NCBI RefSeq assembly: GCF_018977255.1
Contig: NW_024704742.1
Coordinates: forward strand, 50,470,001-50,534,000
Direction: 5' to 3'
DNA from: Callorhinchus milii
Taxonomy: Eukaryota
DNA length: 64,000 bases
Part shown: one piece after another, positions 38,057 to 51,925 of the stretch
Numbering within the stretch: position 1 is the first letter of the stretch
Layout: each line of letters begins with the position of its first letter
Made by a program: the position numbers and the translations under genes
Notes under the pieces: model-generated
Database searches by the model: none
Seen by the model: the letters and a program-made list of their open reading frames with translations, nothing else
Told to the model about the DNA's origin: nothing

Positions 38057-38300
38057 TTGTGGAATCCTGTACCTTGCCTGGCAAGCGAGAGGAGCTGAGA
38101 TTTGATTCCTGAGCAGGGTGAAACGTTGGGCAAGTTTCTTTACTCCACGCGTTTCTGTTTACCTAGCAATAAGTGGGAACCCATGATTGGCGGATTGCTT
38201 TTCCAGAGATAATAATCTCTTCAAAAAAATAAACAAATGATAATTTGGTCACTCAATCCACGACTGTTTGTGGGACAATGCTGTGCACAATTGGCCATTA
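38057..38300 (+). mobile_element. tRNA-derived SINE, long subfamily, partial
   Basis: tgtggaatcctgta..gcaagcgagag..ttgggcaagtttc..ggcggattgcttttccag. Confidence 0.75.
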
Positions 38301-39269
38301 TATTACAGTAAATGCAAGTTGTTGTTTTGTTGTTATAAACTCTCAAAAGGGTGAGCATTCCAGAACAACACTCTTTGCTTTCACTCAACACTCAATTAAA
38401 AGAATCATATGATTTATTAAAATGCAGTAATCATTTGTGACTCAACTGTATAAAATAGTTGAGCTGAATTTGATATAACTTAAGGACATTCCAGGCCTCC
38501 AAGGGTTAGTTAAGTTAGTCTTTGGAAAGTGAAGAGATCCATAATACAGTATTGCACACACAGGTCATTCATGACGTAAGTGATGACACAGTGTAAGGTT
38601 TCATGCGTGATTTAAAACAACATCATGAACCGTAGAGAGTTCCTTTAAACCACCTCCAGAAACATTAATCACATCAAAATGACGTCTTAGTCAAAGTTTC
38701 AACTGTGACTAAGGGAAAATACTATATCATTAAAGGATTGTAATTGTAAAGGAGGTTGTATGAAAGAAACAGATATATGTTTTTGCCCTTATGGTTTCTG
38801 GTTGTCAATACTGCAGTGTTTCCTTTGAGCTACAGCCCTGTTTTACAGAGCAGATACACTGATCAGATTGTGCACTGACACATATGTGGCATTGTGGATG
38901 TTTGCTTGAAATCTGGCCATTTGAAAGTGTACAGAATAAATTCTGCACTGTATCCAAAATGCAATTATTCCCTGACTGGGTCTGTGTTTTGTAACCCTGT
39001 TAAAAAAAACATACATTTTATTTTTTAATCTTTTAATTTCCTATCCTGTATAAGTAAATGCAAGATTTTGTTGTATTGGAGATTTCTCAAACAAGCTTTT
39101 GTTCACAAATCTCGGTGAACATCTTATCACAAAGCCATAAATGGAGACCACTCGGGTGCTAAGGATTGTAAAGCAAATACGTACTAAAATGAAATCTTGC
39201 TTTTCAGTAAAAAACATCTCAATTCAGGACTTGATTGCATCAATCTGCTCCCTCTATCTCACAGAGCCA

Positions 39270-39990
39270 TTGTGAAACCTCAGTGTCTTGTTTAACCCTC
39301 AACTGTCCTTTAAGCTTTGCATGTGGCTCTCCCTTGCTCTCCTTTCCCTCACTTCCACAATCTTACTCACCTCTATCACTACCTCTTCCTCCAAGCTACC
39401 AAGACCCTTGTTCACACCTTCATCACATCAAGACAGACTATTCAAATGTCCTGCTCACTCTGCTCCACTTCCTCCCAACACAAGCTGCAGACCATCCAAA
39501 ACTCTGCAACTCATATCCTCTCACGCACCAGGCTCTATGAGCTTATCACCCTCAAACTTGCTCAGCTCCACTGACTCCTCATCCCCCAGCATATCAAATT
39601 CAAGGTCCTTGTCCTCATTTTTAAATCGCACCACAACCTTGTCCCCATCTACCATTGTGACCTCCTGCAACTTTACACCCATCCACTACCTCTGCTCAGT
39701 AAACACTGGCCTGCTTCATATCTCCCGCCCACCCTGATCCACCATCAGTGAGTGAGCTTTCAGTCCTTTTGCCACCATTCTCTGGAACGCCATCCTCGAG
39801 TTCCTCAGCCTCATCTCCTTCTTCCCCATTTTTAAGGTCTGCCTTAATAAAATCTTTCCTTTCAATTGCACTTTTGATCACCTTTCTAATCCCCCCACCA
39901 ACTTCCCCCACCCCTAGCTTGGGCTCCCAGCTGATTCCATAAAGTGCTTTGAGACATCCTCCTGACATGAAAAGTGCTGTGTAAGTGTAA
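39270..39990 (+). mobile_element. Degraded L2 3' fragment
   Basis: KTLVHTFITSR..KLQTIQNSATHILSRTR..LAQLH. Confidence 0.85.
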
Positions 39991-40897
39991 AAGTATTGAA
40001 GTTGTTCACCAAAAGGAGCAAGATTTTCCCTTGTACATGTTTCTGGGATGGTACTGTGTCCAAATTTATGTTTAAAGTAAATAGATTTGGCTTCTCGTCC
40101 ACCTATTTTGACATGATTAAAGTCAAGACTACTGGCTGGAGAATGCTTTGGGAAATGAACACTTCTGGCAACATTTGTTTCTACACAAGCAACTAAATTA
40201 TGTCAAAATTAAGATGCTTGTTTAACAAGTTTAAGCAAAGATGTGTGTGAGCTGAGTGTGTTGTGTCAGCAGCAGTCAAATTGGCATTGGCATTGGTTAC
40301 CATGGAGATATCCACTGCCTCATTAATCCAGCTCAACCAAAATGAAAAGGAATGTAAATGAGAGAAATCATCTATTCGTTTTAAGTACTTACTTTTGTAT
40401 CCTTATCTTTTATTCCCTTGGTTTCTTCTTCTTCTCCTTGGGTGGAGTGTGTGAGCCATAGACTTTTCCATGACCAATGTCAGTGCAACACCATGATTAC
40501 ATTACAGGAGGAGGCACTATGGCAGGAGAGAGAGCCAGCAAATCCATACATAAATGGAACACTGCAGTTTACAGGAACATGTTGAGTTGGATAGAGGAAG
40601 AAAAATAACAAAATAGCAAAAATAACAATAACCCTTGCATTTGCTGTCCAGAATAGTGAGACACCTTAAAGCCTTTCACAGCGTGTCTGTAAAGTGTGTG
40701 GACTATGTATTTATATGTAGGCATTTGTAAGTGAATTCGACGGCCAATTTGCACATCCAGACACAGCCATTATTGTAATTCCACAGTACCTGAAGCCCCA
40801 GTTGCTTTCTGCTTAATTACATAATGTCTGCCCTATGTTTGCAGGATTCAAAATAATGCCTAGCAAAATATATAACAGATATTTCCGTTCATAAACT

Positions 40898-40962
40898 CAT
40901 GATTGAATGGCGGGGCAGGCTCGAAGGACCGAATGGCCTACTCCTGCTCCTATATGTTATGT
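40898..40962 (+). mobile_element. Short CR1-type 3' tail
   Basis: gaatggcggggcaggctcgaaggaccgaatggcctactcctgctcctatatgttatg. Confidence 0.75.
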
Positions 40963-41149
40963 TAAACAGCTGTAGGAATTTATTTGTTTGTGTACTTTCC
41001 TCGGAGCACACAGGAACAGCCAAGGGAAATAATCAGGGACGTAGATGGGAAATGAAGAGGAAGCATATGTAGTAAACAAAGTCAGATCATGATCTGAAAA
41101 TGCTGCACCAGTTTCCTCTCTCAAAGATCAGATGCTTCACTGTGGCAAA

Positions 41150-41166
41150 TGCGCCATCTAGTGTCT
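41150..41166 (-). promoter_or_regulatory. Candidate CTCF site (GACACTAGATGGCGCA)
   Basis: Close match to the CTCF core CCACYAGRKGGCGC in non-repeat intron 8 DNA. Confidence 0.45.
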
Positions 41167-44100
41167 AGGTACAAACAGGTTAAATTCATTTTGTGAGAAC
41201 AAGTGATAGGGTTAGTTCCAATTGCGGTTTAAATTGGAACTTATGACCCTCTGGTTAGGAATTCAATTCGCCCTCCTGTAACAGACCGCCTGACTGAATG
41301 GAAATGTTTATTAAAACAGTGAGAAGAATATATGGTTGTGCGAATTGGCCTTTACTCCATAGACTACATGCAGAGAAACTAAATTCCAAACCCAAATCAG
41401 GCTGGTTTAAATTAATTTGGGAAGTAACCCAAATTTAATGTATTTTCATGCTTCTGATATAGGTAGATTTGTTTCTTTAAAATAAAATGTGCAGAGGATT
41501 AAAAGGAGCTTTGCATTTTACCTATTGCACCACAAGGTTCCTTGTTGTTATTGAGGTTGCTGGGTGTGTGCTGCCACCCAGTCTGTTTAAATATAATTGG
41601 AGTAAACAAAATTGCAGTTGTGCAGCATTTGTTTCTCTGGTGGTTCAGTTGTGCATCAAAGTTTGCAAAGTTTCACATGTATTTCCTTGTTACCAGACAG
41701 GCCACTGAGACTGGCACATGGTAGTAATAATAATAATAACATTCAGGGTGAGAATGAGAATCTTTGTGAATGCCTAGATTTTACACATCCCAAAGTCAAA
41801 ACCTTCAAATACAGCAGAACACTCAGGGTTAAGGTTAACTCTAACACTCAGTCCTAATGTAGGTATTGTTGAATCACCCGTGAGAGGATCCACACCAAAT
41901 CCCTCATGATCCCCCTTTCAGGTGACTGATTGTGGAAGTTTGATGATTTCTGGTTTGCTTAGGAAGCAAAAAGCCGAATCTGAACCCAGTAAAAGTGGAA
42001 CTTCTCCAGTTCAGATATGCCTGGTCTGTGGGTCAGATTTGCCCTTGTCCCTCATGGTGTAGCAGAGATGTAGTTAGAGAATCACAAAATACATTCATGA
42101 AATGGGTACAGTGTTTTATTGTTAATATGAATGAATAATGGACATGATGGTTATTTGCCGGCATTATTCATGAAAATACTCTAAAAGCGCTGAAGGGAAT
42201 AATGCATTAAGCATCTTAGTTTGGTTGATTAGTCAGATCTTGGGGCAGTGAAAAAGATTTAGGATTCCTTGCTTCCTAACTCCATTTAAGCGACTCTTAT
42301 TTTTAGAACCTTTCCCCGTTTTTTTTCAGAGCTGTTTTGATGGTGGGATATATGGAGTGTTGTTGTCTGCCAGATAGATGCTCCATGTATGATTATGTTA
42401 GCTAGTGTTGAAAAGTCATATGAAGGGACATCACAGGCAGAGCTTTGCAGAATGCATGTTCTATGCCAAGTACCACCCGGAGCCGTTGTTTTTAATAGTT
42501 CCACCTGGAGCAGTTGTTAAAAAGTCAGAATGCATCAGAGGTTACACAAGCCTTTTACTGAATGAAGCTGCTGGCATATTTTGGGAGCACAACAAGCAGG
42601 GTTTTATTAAGTGGAGGCTTCAGGCAGCCCGCTGATAATACACGATTGGAGCTGCAAGTTACTTGGTGCGAAGCTGTTACTATTTCTGCAAATATTTGAT
42701 TTAAATATAAAGGTTAGGCTTTAGGAATTTGCCTTTGCTTGGGAGCCACCATCTGGAATCATGCTCTAGCCAAACTACTGTAAGGGAACTGAACTCAAAA
42801 GTCTCGAAATAGGTCAGTTCAACATAGATACGGCTGACGCCCCCACACCTACGGCAACTTTGGCTTCAACATAATCCAGTCACTAATGGGTATAATTGAA
42901 TAAGATGTGACAAGAGCTTATTTAGGACCTTGACAACTTTCCATAGCAAAGAGAAATTGCATCAGTCTCTCCTAAAGTTTTGAAAAATTAAAAGTGTTCA
43001 TATTCGTTGGCCTTTCCCAATGTAACTAGAATATGTTAAGGGGAGCATTTAAATATGTGCATGGTACATGCATTACTTTCTGTTCTTAGCGGGCTCCTGC
43101 CATTAAACCGTTTTTTGTGTTTTCCATTTGGCATTTCATGGTCAGAGAGAGTCATCATATATTATACTTAGCCATATAAAGATCTCAGGAAATGATTCTA
43201 TTAGAAGCAGAACCTCTTCATACCAATGAAGAATTGTGTTACTTTAGTGAAAGCTGATTTCTGCTCACAATAAAATATAATCCTCCAACACTCTCACTTT
43301 CTCCCTGTCACCATGGCTACTCAATATGAAGAGCATTCAATAATGAAGGTCATGAATGCTGAATTAAATCTATTTTTTTCTCTCAAATAACACGTTGCGT
43401 CTCAACAGATAAAATACATTTACAATCTGTCAGTTGATAATCAAAGATGTTAACTGGGCATGTGAGAGACAGCTCATGCAGGTTTAGTTTTATCAGAAAA
43501 CTGAACCAAGTAATGGTTTTCAATCTGAAGCTTTCAATCCAATAATAATGCCTTCAACCACTTCCACTGAATCCTTGAATTAATTATTGCCAACATACAG
43601 TTAAGAAATGGCTTATCAGTTCGTGATAATAATTAATGGCAATGGTAATTAAAGTCAATTTTAACTGTAAGTTTCATACAGTTTTATAATTAGTAAAGGC
43701 AATAAAAAGATGAGGAATATCTTAAGGAATACCACAAATTCTGCCTGTATCTATTTTATGTGCATTCAGATAAGTTCTATATGACTTACTTAATTTATCT
43801 GGAAGTATATATCTGAACAAGATGTTTTGTTCTACATTGATATAAAAGATTCAGTCGCTCACAACAACAACTCTTATATAACATCCTTCACATAGGTAGC
43901 ATCTCGGAGCTAACATTTGATAAACTATTAGATATTATTACTTTTAGCTGGCATGATCTCACACAAGCTTGATTTGGTTCATACATCTAGCTGTATGAAC
44001 ACAGAATAAACACAGACAAATATATATATGCTGTGTTTAGACTGCTGGGAGCAAAGCTGTCTTTATGTTCTGATTACTAAATTCTGGGGGTGGTTTTTAA

Positions 44101-44196
44101 TGCGGTGAAAATCAGATGTTCCATAACAGATTGCATATGCAGGAGGACTGAACCCAGAGTTTGTGTATTATAGGCAGCAGGAGTGAGAGAGATAGT

Positions 44197-44640
44197 AATA
44201 ATAATAATAATAATAATGATAATAATAATAATCCTTGTATTTGATATAGCGCCTTATCACATCTTCAAGATGTCTCAAAGCGCTTCACAAAATATACTGT
44301 AAAGTGAATTAAGTATATATTTTGTTGAGTCGAAACACAGCAGCCAACTGCACTCAGCAGTGTCCCACAGTCATGGATTGAGTGACTAATTTTTTTTAAG
44401 GAATTGTTACCTCTGGAAAACCGAACCGCCAATCAACTAACAACCAGGTTCCCAGCACCTTGTGACGTCCTCCCGACGTGAAAGGTACTATACAAATGTA
44501 ATCTTGTTGTTGTTACAGCTAGGTAAATAGAGGTGTGTGAAGTAAGGAAACTTGCCCAACATTTCGCCCTGCTGGGATTCAAACCCATGTCTCTCGCTTG
44601 CGAGGCGAGTGCTCTAATCACTGAGCTGCAGGACTCGACA
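44197..44640 (-). mobile_element. tRNA-derived SINE, long subfamily, with nested opposite-strand L2 tail (~44455-44516)
   Basis: Head gagtcctgcagctcagtgattagagcactcgcc; (aat)n tail; inserted gcaccttgtgacgtcctcccgacgtgaaagg..cttgttgttg. Confidence 0.88.
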
Positions 44641-45377
44641 GGAGATCTAGTACAGGCACAATATAATGTTAATGAGAAACACACAGAAGCATGTACTGAG
44701 TGAGAGACAGGCACAGAGAGAGATACAGAGAGAGAAAGAGAGAGAGAGGGAATGAGAGAGAAACAGACAAACTGGGATTTGACAGTACAATTTCCAGTGG
44801 CGAAAATTTTGTTAGTACTGTACATTATATTTCAATTCATTATTTGCATTACAAATAATGCAAATATTGGCTCTTTAATTTGAATGTTGTAATAATAATT
44901 TCAGGTACAAAAAGGATAGCAGTAAATACACAGAATTTTAAATGCTAATCATATAATCAATGTTTGTGTTGAATTTAAAATTTTGAATTTAAAGGTTTGA
45001 AACTAACTGTTCCCGCTGACCTCTGAATTTAGTTTGGTTGAATGTTTCTGGGCATAGGTGAGAGATTGGATAATAAATGAATTATTGCATGTGTGGTTTG
45101 GTTACATCGAACTGAAATACCTTGAAATGCCATGAATGTTTTGCAGTTGATGAATGTTCATTACTATAAAATCCTATGAATATTTTTCAGCTAATTTAGA
45201 GCCAGTTAACAGTAGAGCAATAGAACCAAATTAAAGTTCACTGAAAATAGCACAGATTAAAAAGAGCTAAATATTAAATTCCATTACAATAAATCATTTT
45301 ACAGTTTTCACCATTGATTTGAATAAAATAAAGAATGTAAAGCCCCAAAATCACACCTTATCTTATCCCCTTACACA

Positions 45378-45775
45378 ATGCTGTCTTAACTCTGGCTCTG
45401 GAATTCCCTTCCTCACTCCCTTTGCCTCGCTCCCCCTCTTCCTATTTTCAGGTCTCGGTGAAGACCTTTCTCTTCGACTGCGCCTTTGGTCACCTTCCTC
45501 CCCCTCCTCTTGGCTCGGCCTCGGGATCCGTTACTGTGAAGCGCTCTGAGACACCATCTGGCGTGGAGGGCGCTATATAAATCCAAGTTGTTGTTGTTAA
45601 CTGTTAAGATTGAGCGTCATTGTGGGACAATTCTTAAGTTCAAGCTTAATTTGGAAACCAGTTTTCCACACTCCTTAAAAAGAACCACTGGTTTCCAAAT
45701 TAAGACTGAATTTAAGAATTTTCTGCAATTCTCTGCAATCCTAAAATTTAAGACAAAATTATCTTTTCAGCTAAG
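45378..45775. repeat. Palindromic element copy 2, left arm interrupted by L2 3' fragment (45392-45596, TSD ttaact)
   Basis: aattcttaagttcaagcttaatttggaaaccag pairs with ctggtttccaaattaagactgaatttaagaatt. Confidence 0.78.
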
Positions 45776-45799
45776 ACAATATAATTATAAAATAAAATA

Positions 45800-46070
45800 A
45801 CTTACAAATTAGAGCTAGGCCACTTAGGAGTGAAATCAGGAAGCATTTTGTCATAGTGGAAATCTGGAGCTCTCACCCCCAAAAGGCTGTGGATGCTGGA
45901 TCCATTCAAATTTTCAAGACTGAAGTGGATAGAATTTTGTTAGGTCAGGGTATCAAGGGATATGGGACGAAGGCATGTAGATGGAGTTGAGGTACAGATC
46001 AGCTATGATCTAATAGAATGGCGATACAGGCTTGAGGGGCTGAATGGCCTTCTCCTGTTTCTAGGTTCCT
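45800..46070 (+). mobile_element. CR1 3' fragment
   Basis: aggagtgaaatcaggaagc..gatcagctatgatctaatagaatggcg..gaatggccttctcctg. Confidence 0.8.
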
Positions 46071-46849
46071 AAAGTAGAATTTCAGACCAATAATGCGAGA
46101 TGCAATAAGACTGCAATATCAGGAAAGGATTGTTGTTTGTGTCAAAAAGGGATTACAGGGCTGGCAATAAATTGTTGACATCGTTTTATTTATTATCCGC
46201 TATGCATATAAAACTGAAGTGTCAACTGGAGTTACAGTGGTTGTTACCGAATGAAAGAAGTATTGAGCACTAAACCAAATTAACAATTTTTTTCAGAGTA
46301 GAATTTTTAAAGCTGGCAATAAACCTTTTTACTGTAACATTATTGCCAGCTGCTTTGCTCTTTATTAATACCAGGGTTGATCCTGGGCTACCACGAGATT
46401 GGCAGTGCTCTTCCACATCTTTTTGAAAGGGGACACTTTATTCTATCTCATTTTATGTTACACTGTATGAAAATCTAACTTCATTCATAATGTGCATTAA
46501 ATTATTAAACAGAAATGGATACTCAGTTTAATGCATATTAATTGGAATCATGACAAGAATTGACTGAAGATAGTGCTAATAAACAAGACATTACTTTGTC
46601 TTCGTACTGTTTTAATTAGTGTCTGGTATGTTCTGCCCTCCAGTAATGTAGCTTTGCTCCTGTGACAGTTGGTAAGATGAAGTCAGGCAGTTCCCATGAG
46701 CCACTTTGTCTTATATCACAACTCAATCATAGTAAATAATGCAATCTTCATTAATGAATTTGTGCTGCTGTGCTAACTGCTTACATTTAGCACACAAAGG
46801 GGATAGATTTCATATCTAGCACATATTCATTCTTTAATTCTTCATAGCA

Positions 46850-47235
46850 GGTAATACCGTCGGGTACTCATAGTCTAAGTTGATAGTCCAATGCAGTACT
46901 GGGGGGAGGTTGCAATGTCGGAGGTGCCATCCTTTATTTGAAGGGTTAAACTGAGGTTCCATTCGCCTATTCAGCTGGACATTAAAGATCGCATGGCATT
47001 GTTTGAAAAGAGAAGGGAGCTCCTCCCAGTTGCTCCGGGACGCTGGCCCAAGGGAAGGGCGCTATATAAATCAAGTTGATGTTTTTGTTGTTGACTTCTA
47101 TGTGCAAGTTAGCTGCTGCATTTACATGCAGTCAAAATACAATCACTATATAATTTACAATAAATCCAGTGAAGCTCTTTGAGACGTCCTCCTGACATGA
47201 AAGTCGCTATATCGAATGTAATGATTATTATTTTA
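46850..47235 (+). mobile_element. Older DeuSINE copy with nested L2 tail (~47030-47093)
   Basis: caatgcagtactgg..gtcggaggtgcc..ggacattaaagatc core; internal gggcgctatataaatcaagttg. Confidence 0.7.
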
Positions 47236-48403
47236 TGGTACAAATGATAGGTTAGCAATAACATTAAAATCTTTTAGACTTACTCTACAGGGATGCAACA
47301 CTAATGTTCCCTAATGTGAACATAAGGTCCATACACAAGCTCTCTATGTTTAGAAGGACGAAGAGAAATCAACTGGAAAGGCTTGTGTTGGTTGTCAGGG
47401 AGTCAACAAAATGCTACACATATCTTCAAAGGGAAAGTTGTCTGAGTTAATTTAGGTAGAAATCTATGACAGCAAGGATAGGAAGCTAATAACAGGACCC
47501 TGTCACAGATCATTGAAACAGAGTGATGAAATCAATATGGTATTGTTTGAGCAGATCAGGGGATTTCTGCAAAAGCAAGGGTATTGATCATTTGAAACTT
47601 TAATTATCTTAGAATACAGTGGACACAAGGGTAGTTACTTTGAAAATGGAGAACACGAAGCAAGACAAAACAAGCAACCATAACAGAGGTCACACAGGGG
47701 AATTAACATGTAACAGTGAACTCAAGATGCTGCCAACCTAAAAATTAACAAATACTGTACATTAGTGATGATCATCATAAAATAATATTCTCATAAGGAA
47801 CATCAAGAGTCTGTTTTTCATAAGTAATTTATTCAATACCTCTCTCACGCCTAAAACTGGCTCGTGAGGAGCGTTCAAGTAATCTAACTTAATTAACAAG
47901 TTTTTTTTTGGTGATGTGATATTGATCACAGGTAATCACTGTAACATGTGGTAATTATCACATCACCTGACACATTTCCCCCCTCAATTCCCCCCATTCC
48001 CCCTTTCCAAAATCTGAAACATCGTAATTTTCACTGAGATCAATGTGGCTATCTCAGGTGTCTCATTCACATAGAATGCTGAAAGTTTCCACGATGATGT
48101 GAGAGTTCAGGAGTCAAGCACTGTGAGTAATAAAATAATCATAATTGTTGAAGTTGGTACAGCACCTTTCAAGTTGGAAGCACATCTCAAAGCACTTCAC
48201 GGGATTTTCTGCAATGTCTAGTAACTGTATTTTATAGGCAAATGCGGCAACCAATTTGCACACAGTAATGTCTTACATGAAGTGAATAATTTTTTTTACC
48301 TGGAAGATTGTTGGCTAGGACACAGGGAGAATCTCCTTCTCTTTTCAAACTGTGTCATGAGATCTTTAACATCTATCTCGAAAGACAGACTGATCTTTAG
48401 TTT

Positions 48404-48720
48404 GTGGAGTCCTGAGCTCAGTGGTTAGAGCATTCGCTTTGCAAGCGAGAGACCTGGGTTTGATTCCTGGCAGGGCGAAACCTTGGGCAAGTTTCCTTAC
48501 TCCACACGCCTAATAATAATCTCTCAAAAAAAAATTTTAAAATAATAAATTGGTCACTTCAATCCACAACTATTTGTGGGACACTGCTGTGCAAAATTGG
48601 CTGCTACATTTCGCCCACATAATATGCAGTCAATTCACTTTACAGTATATTCTGTGAAGCGCTTTGAGACATCTAGAAGACGTGAAAAGCGCGATATCAA
48701 ATGCAAGGATTATTATTATA
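48404..48720 (+). mobile_element. tRNA-Ala-like SINE, short subfamily, inserted in an older minus-strand DeuSINE (~48140-48790)
   Basis: gtggagtcctgagctcagtggttagagcattcgctttgcaagcgagag..gcaaggattattatt. Confidence 0.92.
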
Positions 48721-50747
48721 TAATTAATACTTCATCCAAAGATGGCACTTCCATCAATGCTGTGCTCCCCCAGCACTGTGTTAATCAAGCCTAGAATCTA
48801 AATTCAAAGTACAGTACAGAAATTTCAATTTCCTATTGAGCTTCAGATAATACCTCATACACTATTTTTGTAAAGCTTTTCTTTGAAGGTGTTACATATG
48901 GAGGAGCATGAGAGGGAGGTCAGTGGGGGAAGAAAAGGGTAAGATAAACCTTTTGCTCACCAATGGTCACAAGGTTTTTAGTAGCATTTCTGATGCAAAA
49001 AACGGTTGCCAAGTAACAAAGCAGGTATTTAAGGTGACAAAAAACATGATCATACACAAAATGAAAGTAATTGCAGGATTAAAAACAGGTCAGGCATCAT
49101 TGGAATGAATTTGGAATAAAACAGATACAAGTGCTTGACTAAAATTATTCACCAATCTTGAGAAATAGGGTAATCTCAGAAGAAGGGAAAACAACATCTG
49201 ATTCTCATCTACAGAAAAGACACAGGCAGAATGATGGAAATTATAGACCAGTTCGGTTGACAGTTAGGTGTTGGAGAAAATTCAGCAGCCCACTAGGAAG
49301 AGTGTGATTTAACATATCAATACTTTGCAAGAGTTCTGTAGCCGGAGTTACCCTGGAGTCAGCTATGGAATCTCTGTAGATAGGTGATAGGATGAATTTT
49401 TTCAAACCCCAAAAAATGATAATTAACCCTGGTGAATTCTTGGAAACTTTCATGGTCATACTTTGGGAATATCTGAGAAGAGCAGGTTAGTGTAATTTAT
49501 GCCACACCATCTCGAATTCCTGCGAGTGAGCCTCTTTTTCAAAACACTATCTTTAAGTAATTTAGCATATTTTTTCTCTGGTCTGTTTTTTCGCCCTGTG
49601 TTAAGTTGTGGGAGTCACCAACTGGTATCACGGAGGGCCTGAAATCATTACCTCCCTTTGCAAATTGGAGATGGAAGGAGTTGGAAAGAGTGTTTATGGC
49701 CACTGAGAGCAGTGGGGGATGAAAAAAAGGGATAAATGATAAGGTTACAGGAGAAAATGCCTAAACCTCTAACTTCTCTGCACCAGTAAATTAATAAGTA
49801 ATAGAAATACAGTTGTTTTATGGCATGATGCCTCTGATGTGTCCTAGGAGGTTCTTTGAGTTCTCAGGCAGCTGCTCAGTTGGACGCCCCGGGTGCTTTG
49901 GTTGTCACAAGTCCAATTAGGCTGAAAAGGGAGCTCTCCTCCCTCAAGTTTTTCTATCAAGTCAGTGGACCCTATGGCTGCAGGCCTGGGGTTCTACAGT
50001 GAAATACAGAGTATATCAGTCTATAGACATAACTCAGGGTTTTAGTATAAGTGTTACTTGCCTGAAGTGATATAATCTGTCATCAGTTAGACAGATAGTA
50101 CATAACAATATATTTAATTCAGAAAGCATACAAAAGTTTAAATTAAAGACATGATAAAATGAGAAGGATGCATACTAAAGCACATGTGTCATATGTTGAG
50201 TGTTAAACTATGTCTTCCTTCTACCATAATAATCTTGCACCAGTAAATGTTTTACAGCGCTTCTTGAGATTTATTGTAAAGTTTAGTATCTATGTATTTG
50301 TAGCAAAAGTGGTGTCCAATTTGTGCACAGCAATATCCTGCAAACAGCCTTAAATTAACAATCAATTTTATATGGAATATTTTATGCTAGGACACCAAGA
50401 GAGAATCACTTATTGAATGATGCTATGGGATCTTTAATATCTACATGAACCGGCAGATGGGACCTTGGTTTAATGTCTCACCTGAAAGATAGCAAAAGTC
50501 CCAAAGTTGAGCCCCACAACATCTGATTCCGAGGTGATAAGTGTTCTCAAATGAGCTGAGAACCTCCATGGCACAGGAGATTATAGGAGAGTCATGAAGA
50601 GAGCACAACAACAATAACAATTGACATTTATATATAGTGTCTTTCATGTCAGGGAAGGACTTCTCGCACTGCTGACTAGGAACCCAAGATGGGAGGGGGC
50701 GCAATTTACAGTAGTGGAGCGCAATGGAGATTCCCTCAAATAATGTC

Positions 50748-51925
50748 AACAACTTGCATTTATATCGTGCCCTTCACGAGACATAGTGTCTCGGAGCACT
50801 CGACAGTAGCAGAGTCTGACACCGAGCTATGGGGAGAGGGAGAGGGGAGGTGACCGTAAGCACGATCAAAAAGGAAAGTCTTTAGGGGGATTTGAAAGTG
50901 AGGTGGGAGGGGGCAAGGCGGAGGGATTGAGGGAGCCAGTTTCACAGTTTTGGGGCATAGTGGCTGAAGGAACAACCACCGATGATGGAGCGGAGGGGAC
51001 GAGGGACAAACAGGAGGCCGGAGCCAGCCAAGCAGAGGCAGCAGGTGGTGGAGTCAGTGGGGGGTAAGCAGATCGGAGAGGTAGGAAGGTGCAACGGAAT
51101 ATAGGAATTTGAAAACAAGTGAGAGGATATTGAAATTGATCCATTCGGTAATTGAGAGCCAGTGGAGCCTGGCAAGGGCTGGTGTGATGGGTGTACGGAG
51201 TTTTGCGCAGGTGTGTATCTGGATGGTGGAGTTTTGAATTAATTGAATTTTGTGTCTGGTGGAGATTAGCAAAGAGGGCATTGGAATAGTTCAGCTGGGA
51301 AGTGATGAAGGCCGGGACAAGGGTTTCGGCTGCATTGGTTGTGAGGTACAGACAGAGGCGTGCAATGTGACGGAGGCGAAAGAAAGAAGTCCTGGTCAGG
51401 GAACAGATGTGTGGTAGAAAGGAAAGCTGGGGATCGAACCTAACACCTAAGTTGCACACAGGTTTGGAGAGTCTGAGGGAGAGCCCTGGGAGATTAAGTT
51501 CAGACCCACAGGAGAGCAGATGTTGACGGGAGCCAAAGAGTAAGGCTTCTGTCTTGCCGACATTCAGCTGCAGGAAATTTGCGCTCATCCAGACCTTGAT
51601 GTCCGTCAAACAAGCTGACAGGATATCAGCGGACTGGGAATCACAGCTGGAGGAGAAGTAGATTTGGATGTCATCTGCATACATGTGGAAGTTCACCCCA
51701 AGTCTGCCGTTGACATTGCCGATAGGGAGCATGTACAGGCTGACCAAAACGATGTGATACCAATACAATATCTCTTAAGTCTTAAAGAGATGATGGTTTT
51801 TTTTAGATAATAGCATAGATATCACGACTCTTTGGTCACTTTGCAGATAGGGAAAAGAAGGGAGTCAAGGATGGAGCCTTGGGGTACCCTGCAAGTGACC
51901 GGGCCAGGAGGAGAAAACATTTGCT
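50748..51925 (-). mobile_element. 5'-truncated L2 LINE (second subfamily) with ~115-bp insertion at ~51741
   Basis: [41 protein letters not shown]; tail. Confidence 0.92.

Noticed and set aside
42405..42635. ORF ending ..FWEHNKQGFIKWRLQAAR, faintly like transposon-associated fish proteins
   Set aside because: Resemblance is too weak to support without a profile search
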